From the NCBI RefSeq assembly GCF_964204645.1, contig NC_134025.1:21618299-21682298 (forward strand): 64,000 nt of DNA. The letters are read 5' to 3'. The position numbers and the translations under genes are program-made. The stretch comes from Tubulanus polymorphus (Eukaryota; Animalia; Nemertea). Below, one piece after another: positions 16,336 through 31,400 of this stretch (the stretch's first letter is position 1; each line of letters begins with the position of its first letter). The notes under the pieces are model-generated. The model ran no database searches. It was given only the letters and a program-made list of their open reading frames with translations, and had not been told where the DNA came from.

Positions 16336-17264
16336 GGCGGTATCCCATTCGGGAGACCAAGGTTGCGGCGAATTCGGCAATTTTTTCGCAAATTCATTCG
16401 CATTGGAGGTATGTAGACACGCTGGGCGAATTTGGCCGATCTACAGCATGTTTGAGTCGATTCGACAACAAGGAAATTCGCATCGCGTATAAATGTATAT
16501 GCAAAATTCGGTGCAAAATCGATTCGCCGATGAAATTCGCCAAGTTTGTCACGGGCTTTGGATATCGATCCGACCGCGGCTTCCCCTATGCCTTGATATT
16601 GTGGCCTCAGATTCAAACAAACGAACACAAAATAAATTTTGATCCCAACTGTAAATCTTGTTCTGAAATTGAAATAAACGACTTAACGCAGTAAAAGTAC
16701 CCTTGCTTAACTCATCGTTGGCAATGTTCGAATAGGGAGATTTGCCGTGCGTAATTTCCATGGACACTATTGCGTCGAAGGAAACATTTTCGCGACGACG
16801 ACGACAAGGCAGCGTGTGACGTCAATGAAGCTATTTTTAACCGGAACGTCGTTTAGACACACGGTGTACCGACCGATGCTATTTATGGTTGTAATCGGTA
16901 AGCATTGAGCGCTCGCGATTATATTCAATCAAACTGAGATATACACTGGATGCACGTCTTCTGATTAACGTTTCACACGACATGAGTTTTATGTGTCGTA
17001 CATGTAGTGCACTGGGTGTGTATGTGGCGGATTTATCAATAACATCATATAAGATTGAGTACGAGATGACGTGAACACTGATAACCGAGTTGGATGCTGA
17101 TGCTGAGTCCACGTTTGATTGATTTCGAGGAACGAGAGAAGCAGGAATCGGGGATCGGTACCGAAATCCGAAGTCCAAAAATAAGACCGGTTTCATAATC
17201 TGTTAGACTAGAGGATGAAGTAGGCCTATAAAACGACTAGACTCTGGTGCTGCATCGTGATTAG

Positions 17265-17490
17265 TTTCGTTTAGTTTAGTCTAGTAGAGTTTTACGGCCT
17301 AACTGCAAGTTACAGTGTAACCCTAGTAGGTCCTAAGATACGGCCAGGGCCTTTTATTCGTCATATTACTCACAACCTGACTAAGTTAACAGAGCTTAGC
17401 CCGTGTATGCGTCTTGACAGCCGACGCCACAGGTGATGGTTTCGAACCAGGGACCTCTTGGTTCCCAGTCATCCACAGTCCTCCATTAGA
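17265..17490 (-). mobile_element. tRNA-derived SINE remnant
   Basis: Minus-strand B box GGTTCGAAACC near 17438-17448 and a short tandem tail near 17265-17285. Confidence 0.5.
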
Positions 17491-18009
17491 AATAAGAAAC
17501 GAACCAGACAAACTCTCGACAAACTTCCCCACGTAAAAAATTCAGTCCGTGTAGATCAACTGTAAAGTGATTTTCAATCAACACCATATATAAGTCGTCT
17601 CTTTCGGTTATAGTTTTTTATTGTATTCAAAATATATGCTACTGCTGCCGTATGTAATAGGAATTTTCACTGATTGGATCTCGAAGAACTTGACTAATAG
17701 CATGATCGATTGGTTATGGCGGTTTTGCTATAGTTGCGTGTTTCTTTATTTGGTCGATATATCAACGCGATATTTCTCCATTTAAACATTCCGCCACATA
17801 ATTTCCTATCTATTTCCGGGTGCGCGAGAGTCTATTCGAGTCTCTTATTCTGGATACGCGTGTCTTATCTAAAGCTAGCCACGCCAGACGGATGTGATCA
17901 AGTATGACCGTTAAATTCAAATCGCCGTAGACCCATCTACGCGAGATGGTGGCCTTCTAATTCCTCTGTTACATTGTCCAATTGCAACATGACCTGTAGA
18001 CTCAACCAG

Positions 18010-18400
18010 AAACAGGAAAACTTACTTGGAAGTTTATTGACGCCTTGAGAAATGACACATATATTGCTTAATATTGTTGACAATAGATGATATGATATAA
18101 ATTATACATTATCAATGACCTATAAAGTTACTTTGGATTTTTATATCGATAATTGATTTGCAACCAGTCTATCCCCGATATATTGATGACGTAGAGCACA
18201 TCCTCTCAAAAATAATTATCAGTAATTATTAAAAACAAGAGTTATGAAATATAACGACAAAATTCACATTTTATTTCGAAACGCCAATATGGATGACTTA
18301 GTGCACATCTACTCACACAGAACCCCTTATATAATGTATCCTAGATATTAATGTATAGTAGCGGCTTTCACGGCGTCAAAAAAGCTGTGAAAAGTCTCAA
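18010..18400 (+). repeat. Dispersed repeat of about 400 bp; further copies at about 36855-37470 and 40608-41005
   Basis: Shared GAAAACTTACTTG.AAGTTTATTGACGCCTTGA, GCAACCAGTCTA.CCC and GACGTAGTGCACAT blocks. Confidence 0.8.
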
Positions 18401-20474
18401 TCACTATAAGAAATTTGATGATGTAATGGGACTATGGGAATGGAACGGTCCACCTCTTCTGTTTGACTCGATGACTACTACATTCATCCTCGCTTGCCGG
18501 GGGTCCAGCATCTCCCCAGAGCTCGCTTCCACCAGGTCGGGGAATTGGCCTTAGCTAATTGAGTTCGAATCCCTTGACGGTTCACTACAAGATACATTCT
18601 AACAAGCTTCAGTAAGGTTTCCTATACGTATAATTGTGTATATAAATACGAACAACAATATACCGCGGTCCCTTTCTTAACCGACACTTCGTCGCACGTC
18701 ACGAGACCGATTTTCAGCATGCGTGGATGCGTTAGATAAAACGGTAATATATGAAAATCAAATGAACGTAATTGATTCTACAATGATGTGATGCTGCCCG
18801 TTTTACTTGCATCCAATTTCACGGTTCATATCACTGGGGAGTTAATTAATCAATTTTTACTAGTGCTGTAAATTTGTTTACAGCGCCTAATTTGTCGCGG
18901 CCGATTTCGTTATTCATTAATCACGCGATGGCTGAAACAACGTTTAAACTGTCCTTCTACGGCTTGATTTACAGGTCAGAAAGTAACCTATACGAGCTGT
19001 CAATTGCACGACGACTAATGCGGGAAAGCGTAATCAAAATTGATATAATTGATACAATCTCAAGATCACGCATATATACATACGTATATGTATATGTGTA
19101 TATTTATTCCCAAGGATCTTGAATCTGTAAGCACCTCGTTGAATCTATAATCGCTGCGGCGTGTGCTCCTGACCTTCGGTCCGTCGGTATGTCATATCGA
19201 GTTTTACCGAGTTCTCGCCCAAATCTCGTATAAAGATTGGCGACAAATTGAGTTATACGACGAATATTTTATTTTAGACGTCCTCGTCTGTTTGGATTCC
19301 AAATCCCATGATTCAGCATCGAATTGATGGCGAATATACAGATCGATATATACGGTGATGTTCTCACGCTCGATCTCAACTTTAGGTGTATGTGAATCAC
19401 GCTTAATGTGAACGATGGCAGTGGTTTTCGATCTATAATAGCGATCGAACGTCTTGGATTATGGGAGACTGGTTGCCGGTCTCTATATTCAATTAGCGAC
19501 CGGTTCAATTCAATTAAATTCAATTCTATTGATCCATTCTCCATTTCACATTTTCGGTGCATGTCAAACATGTCATGTAACGAGCGACTTCCGGATAAAG
19601 ATGGCGTCTCGTCGAATCCACTTCGTGGTAGGCCATGTTACATTATTCACGTGATGTAATACTGAAATCTGATTGGATCCGTATATTCCGCGTAAGATGG
19701 CGGACGGACTGTCGTATTCTGGGCGAACTTTGGTTATCGGAGTTAGTCGACTATTTGCGAACTAAGTGAAACCGAATGTCAGTTAGTCGGGAGAATGGTC
19801 CGGAAATAGTCGACCAACGGGATTGAACACGGGCGCTGTAGTTCGGGCCTATTACCAAGACTTTAGTGCGGTCAGTTATTAGTTCCACGCTAGTCGACTA
19901 CGAAAACCGAAATTCGCCCCGACTGTGAATACAGGTGGTGCAGAATTCGACAGGCAACATTCTTAGGCCCACATGCCTGATATAGATTGAAAAATGTTTA
20001 GAAACGCTATGTGCAGCCGAGAAAATATCGATAATGGTATAGGTATTCAAACCATCTGGCACCAACTCTAGATGGAGATTTACGCCGAAAGATGCATAAA
20101 ACGGATGATTTTTTTCAAGCTCGCAAATTCGTCAATTGCTGTGGACTGATGCAGCAACAAAAGTGAGCAGTTAGTCAGTTTGCATTCATATCACGTCCCT
20201 GATCGATAGTTTTATTTCTGCATGAGAAACCTATATTGCCAAAACGTCAACTTCACTCCAGTGGGTGTAGCATTTGCAAGTTTATATCTATCGTATATCC
20301 ATATATCACGTGACGTTTTCGATGGGCCGCATTTTTAATGAATCCGGCAGCTTTGGCTTTACGATGAATATAAAATAGGCCTACATGTATGTGTGACTGC
20401 CTGTGGTCTGGCTAATCTATTTCACCAACTCCACGGCATTCAATTACTACTAATGACTTAAGCAATTCGTCCTA

Positions 20475-20664
20475 TGAGTACAAATCCCACAATAAATGAA
20501 TTGATCTAAAAAGTTTATTTAGAATATTAGACATATTTCGGGTGGTTGCTACCACCGTTTTTCAGTCCAAAAGAAACATTCATTTTAGACTGAAGAAGGG
20601 TGGCATAGCAACCACCCGAAATAAACTTTTTGGATCAATTCATTTATTGTGTGATTTCTACTCA
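20475..20664. mobile_element. Palindromic Penelope-like pLTR remnant with degenerate hammerhead-like cores
   Basis: Long inverted arms; the plus arm reads CTGAAGA-A-GGGTGG...CCACCC-GAAA. Confidence 0.55.
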
Positions 20665-23600
20665 TCGGATATTGTGATCCCCAACTTATTCAATTCGGCT
20701 CATGCCTAACACACGTTAAGTCCAATTGTTAATTTCTCTTTTACTTTACGTAATCAAACTGAGTTAATTCTACTGATATATATGCATACGAAATTCCGTA
20801 TGGAAAACCGATGATCTGAAAGATGATTCGCTTTGTACAGTCAAACACGGACAAATGACGTAATTTGCTAAGCGATATACATGCCGCAATATATTGCCAT
20901 TTTATTCGTAGCCAAGAAAATATAAACGCTCGTAAATTTGCGGCTCTAATGAAATATTGCATGCCACTACAGTTTTACGTTCAATTTGTAACGCCATAAG
21001 CTTCGGCGAATTTATTTTTCCAACCAATGTTAATTTCAAAATGAAAAACCGCGCAAGAAATTATTAGTCGAGCGCTTTTTACTGATCAAGGTGGTTAACT
21101 GCCCTTGCGACGAATTAGGGCTTCCCGGCGTAGGGGCGTATCCAGGGCGATTTCAGGGTGTCTAGAATACCCCTGAAAAAAAATTTATTTTTCTTTTAAC
21201 ACTGCTATTCCAAATGATTCTAATAAAATATGTAACTCCTTCGTCACCGAATGTTAAATTCCACTAGTAAAATGCAGGAAAATGCATCTGGAGGCTTTTA
21301 TTTTTCATAGAAAAAAAGTTGGTGCTTGGCACTTGCCACACTGCTGATTCATTTTAACCTTTGAATCCCTCCATGCCTAATCCTGGATCCGCCCCTGGTT
21401 GAGACGCAATCAGAAAGTAATTTTTGGGGGAAAAATCAAATATTTTCGCCTTATTTGGGACTAAATACATACATTTATAGAAGGATTTTGATATATTTTC
21501 GATATCGAAATATAATTATCATTTTGGCCTACAAGTGACTTTATGTAGATGCGCGTGTAATCAGATAGATTTGTACATGTCTGGCTATGTGTATATACAA
21601 GCGGTTTAAGTAAATATTGGGATGCACAAGGACTATACAGCTTTATATCAACTAACGATTCATCATTGATAGACCTGATTTGCATAAGCGTCCTCGCATT
21701 ATTAGGCTTGATTTGCATTTATGTATTACAAAATCAGTTGATGGAACATTGAGACCATACCAGTTAGACTAACTGATAAAAGGTACATTAATTGATAAAC
21801 ACATCCGTCGCAAAATTTATGATCAAACTATTTCAAGACAAGTGTACGTGGGCCTACCTTGTAATTTTACAATAGGATAACAGCAGCGCTACAGTGGCAA
21901 GCGAGTATCTGCCAGGACCGCTAGTGGCACTGGGTTACCGCACAATTTTCTTCTACATATCAATTGAATTCGAATCAATTTTTCTCATTAGTAAATCAAT
22001 TTTCAGTGAGATTTATACCATACACTGAGTGAGAAAGCGGATCTTATATCTCTCCGGTGACTTGTTTGATAATTTTCGAATTTGGCAGCCTAAAAATCAA
22101 GTTCAAATTTCATTTAAAATGAACTGATTTTCACTACGAATAACCCAGTGATTGTTGCGCCATCTGATGAGTGCCGGAATCTCATTGATATATACAATTT
22201 GAAATTCATTTAGGCTCATTTAAGGTTTTTTATTCACGTCTAATATTTATCTGGTTTGAATGGTTAATAGTTTAGACGTCTGGAATTAACACTCCGAGGT
22301 GTAGCATAACCTTATAAATACACAAGGGTATGCAGTATCATTTCTCATACGCAATTGTCAGAGCGAGAGAGAGAGACGCATCGATAACAAGCGAGATGAA
22401 GAAGTTTCGGTGATGGATTATAGTTTAACATATTCCTATTCGAGCACTGGTACTGTGCCTCTCGTGAGTTGGCGAGAAACGTGGTAAACATGCAGATTCA
22501 AGAGGGAGACAGCACATTATATCATCCATCATGTCGTATGTGTGTATTTCACAATATCAAAGTACTTAATAAAATCACCAGAATTTTCATCGGTTGCACG
22601 CGCCGCGCGGGGCTTTATCCCGTGCAGCTAATGGTCGAACTCTTTCTTTGCGAGTGCGCAGCTATGGTGATTAAGCGATTAAACTTGAAGTCCAGGAATT
22701 GACTTAGATACTTACCCTGGTAAATGCGTCTGAAGCCGCGATTACTCGGGAACGATTTGGTCCGGTTCAGGCCCGAGTCAAATTCAGCCCGTGCACTAGA
22801 GAGCGCGTTCACGCGTAAACCACTCACGCGAAAAAGTGGGTTTCACACGCGATAATTTGGCCCGATGCTGAAATTTGGCGCGGGCCTGGTCCGACGTTAT
22901 TTGGTCAACCGTACAGGCACTAGCGAATCTGGTAACGCTCGAAAGTCTCGTCTGTGCAACAACCCCCCTGGAACTGATTCCGAAGTCAAAACGAATCTAT
23001 TCTCAATCTGTCTCAGTCTGTCAGACTTTGTAGTATTCAATGAGACGACTCTTGATAACGGGATTCTGCTCATAATTAAAATACCTTGCAATGTGTTTTA
23101 ATTATGCTCTTCACAAAAGATTTCACGAAAAAAAATATTCACCTGAAACCAAAATCGACCAATCAATCGATTATAGATATATAGTTTATACGAATCATCG
23201 ACTGCCATAAAGGGTTGAAAAAATCTCCATATCGAAAAGAAGACATTGATCCGGTAACGCTTGAGGATGATTTCAATCGAATCCGGAAGTGGTCTCGAAA
23301 ACCTTGACATTCATATTATTATTACCCCTTTGCCGTTGGTTAGTAAGGATTCTTTTCTACGGGTTTTTAGAACCGTTTTCGGTAGTTAGGCGAATCGATT
23401 TGCAGCTGAATAAAGCACGCACTTTCGCCGAATAATTTCCTGTTTTGACCACCAAGTTTTATGATAGAATCACTCGGCGTACAGACTTAATTGCATCATC
23501 ATCTTGGATGGATGGTACCGATGTATTTCTTCGCTGTCTACTTCTATCAACGCAATCCTCTTTACGCGTAATCTGCTCTGTTATCAATGCTGATGCATGA

Positions 23601-26600
23601 ACGCGGCGTATATCATATCGGCCCTCAGCTATTTTGCAAATGCTACTTCCTAAATTAAAAAAAGACTATAGTCTATGCTATGCTATACATACTACTATTT
23701 TGGGCAACTTTGAATGTGTTGCGGAATTTCTTCTTTCTGCGTAGTTAATTGGATGCGCCAGGAATCGATGGATGTCGCATTGCAAATCATTTGTTTAATC
23801 AAATCAATGCAATTGGTGGGCCGGAAGTTGTTAATTTGATTCTCTTTTCGGCGGCGTCGGACTGGAGAGATCTTGCGCGGAGTGACGTCGTTTTTGCGGC
23901 CGCTGTGATATATTCTCGCAGGATGATGCACCGCCGCCGCCGTATCTTCTGGCAATTTCGATCGACGCAACGCATTCGAATGCATAGAAATTGTGCAGCC
24001 TATCGATTATGGATATTGCTGCGCCTAGTTTGGTCCCTAGTCACCTATCGCAGCGACCGAATGTACGTGGCACCAGAGCCGCTGCAAAATGAAGCAAAGT
24101 CCCTTGACAATTGTCTGCGCATATTTCGTTTTCCATTAATGGATTTGTACGTAATTTTATACTGAATAGACATTAGAATTCAATACACGCATATATATGT
24201 ATGTATATATGTAAAGCAATGCCTAGTTGTCATAGTGAACCCACGAAGCCGATGATATTCGTACTAAAGTCTACGTTTCGATATCCGATACAACCATCGA
24301 GTTGATAGTTATTCTGTTTAAACGCCGTAGAAGCCCGCGCGCCGTTCGCACGCTCAAATCGGTCTTAATACCGTCGATCCGGCGGTTAATTTAGTTACAC
24401 GATACATTTATCACGATATGTCATAAATGCTTTTCTAGATGTATACGTCGATGCAGTTCTATCAAATTGAAATTATAGCCCTCGTCCACTGACGGAATTA
24501 GCGCCAATGATTCGAGTCGGCCACGTACCAGGTATATCGGCTACTATGCCAGGCTATCGTCTGCAGCAGCACCGGTGCAACTTCGCGTGGTTTGTCGTAA
24601 ACGAAACGTGGTCGTCGACCGGAAGTAGTCGGTACGGAGACGACTTTCTTCAGGTTGTTTGTTTCTACGTGTTCACGCACCGGCTAGCAAGCAGACCGGG
24701 GCCTGATAGATTATCCTTCAGCCTTGTTACCGCGCGCTATGCAAACCAAATGTCAGACTTGTGCAAACAGCGAGGATAATCTCGCCGTACAGTTAATGTT
24801 CGGACTTACAGCGTATCGTATCGTGTCAACATTTAATGTAACGGTAGTGCATCGGTTGATGTTGATATGATTGTATCGCTATTTCGTATCCACCTCGGCT
24901 TCTGAATACATCGCGCATTGGCGGAGAAACTGTTATGAAAAAAAAACCGACGAAAAAGAACGAACAAGTAGAATCAATTTACACCATACCCATCGTGATC
25001 GTAAAAATTGAGGATCAGAGAAAGAAGCCATACGGGACGTGCTTCCATAATCTCAACCAACTGTGTTACAATCAGTACTCATCCATATGCATATAAATCA
25101 TTACATCAGCTTTGAACCGTACACCGCAATCCATTACTTAATAATCGTTACCTCTTAATTGCACTTGCTTAGAAACGCTTTTTGAATTCATTATCGGGAC
25201 CTAATCTAGTTTTTCTCGGAAATCTCGGAAAGATTCATTCGATAAAAGATTTCAGAGCTCTCCGGCTACGATAGTGTGGTATGGAATTCTTCAATATGAC
25301 ATTTTCCTTCATTTATGTCGCAGGTGAAGTCCTGAACACCTGTGAAGCCTGGACGGCCAAAATGGGAATAGGAAGGGTTAATCAAGGAAACGTGACAAAT
25401 GTTCAATTCACATTTTACATATATACGCTGTTACTCGGTGCAAGAATATGAAACACTCAGTCACTGAAATGACAGCATCCCCAGCAGTCCGTATCAAAGT
25501 GACATTGATAACATCTTTATCAATTTCATGTCGATATGCCTCTTATCTTCGCTTTATATTAGATTGGACATCGTATTCCCATATTTATTACCGAATGTAA
25601 CCAATCATGTTGTATACGTCGAAAGCCAGAATCGACCAATAACTACACGTCTTTCTCTCCTTCCGCGTGCCCAGCTGCTAATTTCCCACGACAACTGCGG
25701 TAAATTTGAGAATCCGATCCGCTTTCGCCCGGAATAAGAAACCGTATTTACTCGACATGTAAATCTGCGAATATATATGTGTACGTATGTATATATACCT
25801 CATTTCAATGCCGGTTGATGTGTCTGTTTGCCGTTTGAGAATCTTTATCAACCAAAAGACGGCCGCGACGACGAATGCGCAGGCGGAGGGGATCGATCAT
25901 ACGAATGGCGAAATGCAAATTCACTGATAGGATCACTTCTATGGCTTGGGAGACGTATAATTGCTCAGTGTTTACCAATAATTCATCACGTAAATGCGAA
26001 CGTTTTCGGCGATATTCGTTTTTCATTACTTGGTCTGATGGGATATCAAATATCGGTAGAATCACCAGATGGAATGCTTCATAGGACTTAAAGTTGTATG
26101 CCAATACATACGTATATATACATGCATGTGCATTCGCGTTCATGCGTGACATCGGAAAGATTCGCAAAAATGTTGTAAATATTTTATTTTTAGATAGCAA
26201 ATTAATACTCATTCAATCGAACAATCCGGAAACATACGCAACTCAATCGATGAAAAGTTACGAAAGTTTTATGGAAAAAAATTGCAAACTGTTCAAACTG
26301 ATCTTCTAATGACATTTCCATGCTAGAATCATCGGAAGTGATCACCGAATAGTCTACCTTATCCATTAAAGAGGGCATTAGACTTCAAGAAATCGAAGAT
26401 TCGGGAACGTTTCTAAAACTATTAATATTCTAAACGGATTTAGGCCTACGCAGAGCAAAGTTTGAATTATTTTCTTTTGATTTTCACTAACGATCAAGTT
26501 ATCGAACCAAACTAATGGTCGATCGGCCTAGTGGATAAAGATGTATATAATATACGTATGGAATTTCTTTGATCGTGAAAATGATAAACGAAATGAATAC

Positions 26601-28077
26601 GTTATATCTTCTTTCAAAGTCATAGGTTTTCGCAGAGCATCCGTAAAGGTTATTGAAAACGTTTCGACGGACTTATCGATTTGTGCTTGAGAGAATGTAC
26701 ACGTGCGTACATGTACGTATATATATATATATATATATATACATATGAACGAATCACAGAAGATTTGAATAATAGAGTATTCAAAGCAAGGATCAATCCA
26801 TCCCCAGAGCTTCGGCGTTCGCCCTCGTGTTGTGTGCGGATGCTGAACTTGTGTGCAACAAAATAACAAAACAAAAAGCCCCTGCCACTGGGAAATTTCC
26901 ATAAACCAATTTCTGTAACTAAGATATATTATTCATCCACCGGAGTTGGATCGTGTATCTGCCTACGAAACATTCGATTTTGTCGACTGCTGGTCTGTCG
27001 ATATACTGTTCTCTGATCTCCCGGGCTTTTTCGAATTGATTACCTCATTAGTTTTCCGATGTTGGGGTTAAGTGCAAAGTTGTCAAATTATTATCCTCTT
27101 AGCAATCACTGTTAGCCCCGACTAAAGCTCGCAAAAATGAAACGTATAAACAAAATTTGAAGATAGGAAAGCAAGCCAGCCGTTCGTCTAATCGATTGAT
27201 ATTTGAATATCGCTGCACGGTGTCTATCGCAAAATTCTTGAGCAGGAAATTTGTATCACTTCCGCCATAGCTGGAGTTCATATCTCCAATGGCGTTTGCT
27301 TGTCTGATCACAAAACATCTTTTAAGATATTAGCAATCGTCTGTTTTTAAGATAGTAGCAATTGAATATAGGGAGCAATTTGTCCGGTGAATTCGGATAT
27401 GGTCCAAAAATCTATCGTGGTGGGGGAAAATTCACTCCGAATGTTTTCTCGTTGTAACTGCATTCGATTAGCCAATATATTAGCATATTATATAATTACG
27501 CTTTATCATCATATTGGCCCGATTTTGCTTTAATAGCCCGGGTCCTGACAGGTATGCACGACATGTTAAGTATTAATGTCTACTTTATACGGCCGTCTAC
27601 CATGACTGACTTACTAATGAGTTCACATTTTCCAACATGAGCGAACACTGTCGCCTAGCTACCGTACTAGCTATAAATTGAAAACCGTTAACTCGGAACA
27701 GCGGACAAAACGTACTGCAACATAGATACGACCAATATGCAGGTTGTGTTTGGGATTTCTCAATTGAATTCCAACGTAATAATATCTTTAGATTTCCCAA
27801 GGGTTAACTGTATATAATATTCGGCGTGCGAAGCAAATTGGAGACGAATGAACAATTTTGGATGCGTGTTATTTGAGTATTAAATGACGTCCATCGGGAT
27901 TGAAACCTTATTAAAACTCACAGTTTGAATTATATTTTGCTCATACGCAATATCATAGATGTACAACATTTGAAATTGCATAAATAATCAATCTGCGGTG
28001 GCACTGAAATTCATGAGTAAAAACGGTTGTATATAGAATTACATTTGCTACAATTTCACGAGCAAATACACCCGCGT

Positions 28078-28445
28078 AACAGTAATAGTAATAGTAATTT
28101 ACTTTCTATAGCGCCCTTTTCATTGTGATGCAACGTTCAACGACGTATGTATAGGAGTTTCCATTAAATTGATACTATTACCCCTAGCCTATAAATCTAA
28201 CCATCTATCAGTAATCTCTCCCTAGGGAGAAGTAACATTCGAGCAGCTGCTAGGCGCTCAGAAGTCATCTATCAGACCAGGTACCCATTTACTCCTGGAT
28301 GAAGAGAGGCAATGAGGATAAGACTTATCCTCATTGCCTCTCTTCACTTAAGAGTCTTACCCGGTGACACTACGGTAATGTACGAGCTTCGAACCCGCGA
28401 CCTGGCTTCGCAGAGTCGAGCGCTCCAACGCCTCACCCACACCGC
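28078..28445 (-). mobile_element. tRNA-derived SINE with a conserved central domain (MetaSINE-like)
   Basis: Minus-strand tRNA head with B box GGGTTCGAAGC near 28386-28396, central CAGGTACCCATTTACTCCTGG..GAAGAGAGGCAA motif, and (TTACTA)n tail at about 28080-28098. Confidence 0.65.
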
Positions 28446-31400
28446 TGTCAAATCTATCACTGTGATTTAGCTCTTGCTGCAGTGGAACTGAAAAAGTAAA
28501 TTTTCCGTATAGTAAACCCTTTATCTGTACCGGGGGGATAATGAATATCTAATACAATGAAATTGTTCTGAATGGGAAAACGCGCAGATCACCAGAAAAC
28601 CGAATACACACGTTCGCTTGGATGCGAACCAATCACCGATTCAATCTGCATAAAACAACGAGTTTAAATGTTGTCAATTTCTGCTAAATCCTAGACAATT
28701 TCCTGTGTAGCGAACAGATAATACGACAATAAACATCGAGCTCATCTTTCACAGCGAAATACGACAAATGCCTGATTATAACAGATATTCGTAATGATTA
28801 TAATGATCTACTATTTTTGGTGACGCTGATTTGGATTTTACGATGCACTTACTATAGGAGTGACGTCACGCGTAATCGTTCGCATGCGTCATACCGCTGA
28901 CCATCAATTTGCAGTCGTCTTTGACGACATTTTCGACACCATAAAACCGTTACAAAGATACATAATTTACTGGTGGCGAATGAGCCGATGTGCACTACGT
29001 CATCAATATTGGCGTAACAAAATGAAAATTATAACTGTGTATTTTGGCGGTTATTTCATGGCTCCTATTTTGCATTCAACGAATTTTTATGTCTTTGTAA
29101 TAACCGTTTGATTGATTTTGAAGGCGATTAGGGTGATGTGTACTACGTCATAAATATTGGGTTAGACTGGTTTCCGGTCATACCTAAGGTTGTAACAGAC
29201 TGGGCGGATTTCCTCGGATGCTTGGTTCGTTCTTGGAGTAATCAGAATGGAGTAATCAGTGTGATTCGAATAAGGTTCGTTCAAATCGATGAACCGGTGG
29301 AAATTCGCATCGCATCCCTCAGGACACTATGATAGCTTGCAATAGACCAGGTGGGTTTCATCGGTGAATCCATTTTAGCCGAATATTGCATCGTACATAC
29401 ACAATTTTCTAGTCGACTCACACGAATCAGACATACGATCATGGAATTCTTAATCGGCGACCGACAGCCAAATCCGCTTTTACCGAATTCGGCAAAAAAA
29501 TACATACTGAATCATGTTATCACTTTTTCGTATCGAATTCTAAATGCATCAACCTAGTGGTCTACCGAATTCGTTCGCACGTATTACACGACGAATAACC
29601 ATTGGTGAAACACTATATCCGTGTTGGGACGATATATAGAGACTTCATCGGACTTCATCTTTCGTTAAATTAGTGCGGGATTCTCTATACACGATGAACG
29701 ATTCGCGAAGAAATTAGATAGGTCATAAGCTTTGGCAAATTTCATTGATCCTCGCCAGACGGACAGGGTTTCATTATTCGTTCACATAATGGCCGAATTC
29801 ATTATTAGTGACGTCTTTGAATTTCATGTGCGGGAATAAAGATTTGGTTTTGTACGTTTGGATTTCTATGGAGATTCGATGCAAAAATCACTGACACACG
29901 CTAACTGTGGACGAGGGAGAAGATCTTGGTATAAATAAAGTTAAAACTGCCACTCTTGAGTATGCAAGGTATTGCTCAGACTGAATGTCACATTATCCAA
30001 TGCCGCTGTTAGTCAAAAACTTCTTTTAGTATTAACGTGTCTGCATATTTCGCTTTCTAAATTCGTATTTAAGCGCAGTTAACTTCATACTTGAGCTGAT
30101 CTTCAGCCTGGTACTCGCAGAGATAATTCGACTTTCCAAGTGACGCGCAAGTGAACGATTATCCCGTATACAATCCTTTAATGTAAAAGACGCCTCCGTG
30201 TGCGCGCCAGTGAGCCGACGGAGACAATCCCGGCTCCGAGGGAAAATTCAAAAATCATCGCATTTATCTTATACTATACCTACCGGCGCGCGTGCGCACT
30301 GAACATTCGTCTGATCTCTTGACGGGAAAAATGGCTGATGAATATGCCGTGCGAAATGAGCGAAGACGTTTGATGCCTGATTACGATTCGGTCGATATAT
30401 GCAAATGAATCAATCCCGGTATAGCTTCCATCATCGCCACCACCATATCGTTCATACATATTTAGAAACGACAGCGTTATATGTATCTATTTCAATTAAA
30501 CTTGTAAATAATGCGTCGCGTTTGTAGTAGACATAAGTAAATACGTGTGACTGCGCAAACATTCATTAATATAAAGCAGTTAAAGAATGTTTGATTTGCA
30601 TTTCATTCATCGCGTTAGTCGGCGACTGAGAGAGAATTGAAATGATCATAGGCTGACTGACTACTGTGTGTATGGTTCAGGCGAACAAACACTGCTTGAC
30701 ATTTAAAATGAAACGCAAATTTAGACCAACTGGTGACATTTTCTAGAATTCGACTTAATTATGCTCTGCGCGTTATTAGGGAGAAATACAGCCGACTCTA
30801 TTTCATGAATGCATTGTTATTTGCTTCGTGCTTTTCGATGCCTGGCGTATCTTGATAATTGCATACGGTTTTAGTTCACTGATACCTACGCCGATAACTT
30901 TGGCGGTTTTTTGTATAGACAAGACGTAGGTCTATAATAGAACGAGTCGATACATTGATTACGTACCCAACTTGATTAATCTGAAATCTGTAACGATGCG
31001 TATACATCTATGAATTGACGCACGGTTGTAAATGTGCTATTTCTTCATATGTTCCTAAATACATTCGGCTTAGCTGGAAAAATGTCACGTATTCCGTGTG
31101 AATACTTTTTATCAATATCGCCTAGTCGTGTATCGATCTCTCGTTCTCACTCCCTCTCCCTCCCTCTCTCTCTCTTATGAAATTGATATTCTATTAAATT
31201 ATGTTGACGGGCGTGAAAGCTGTCGATGGCATGATTGGATCCCAAGCTCAGGTTGGCAATAAGTATTGTACTCCATATATGTTTCGTTGAGTCCAGAAGC
31301 GAATTCACGAAAACGAAGACGTTGGTTAGTTCTGTCGGTAGCATAGAAATGCACTTCGGCTTAAACTAGAAGGTTTAGTAAGTTTTCTTTTATAAAGGCG

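Noticed and set aside
22708-22720. ATACTTACCCTGG, resembling the U1 snRNA 5' end
   Set aside because: The downstream sequence does not continue as U1 and runs into a MITE.
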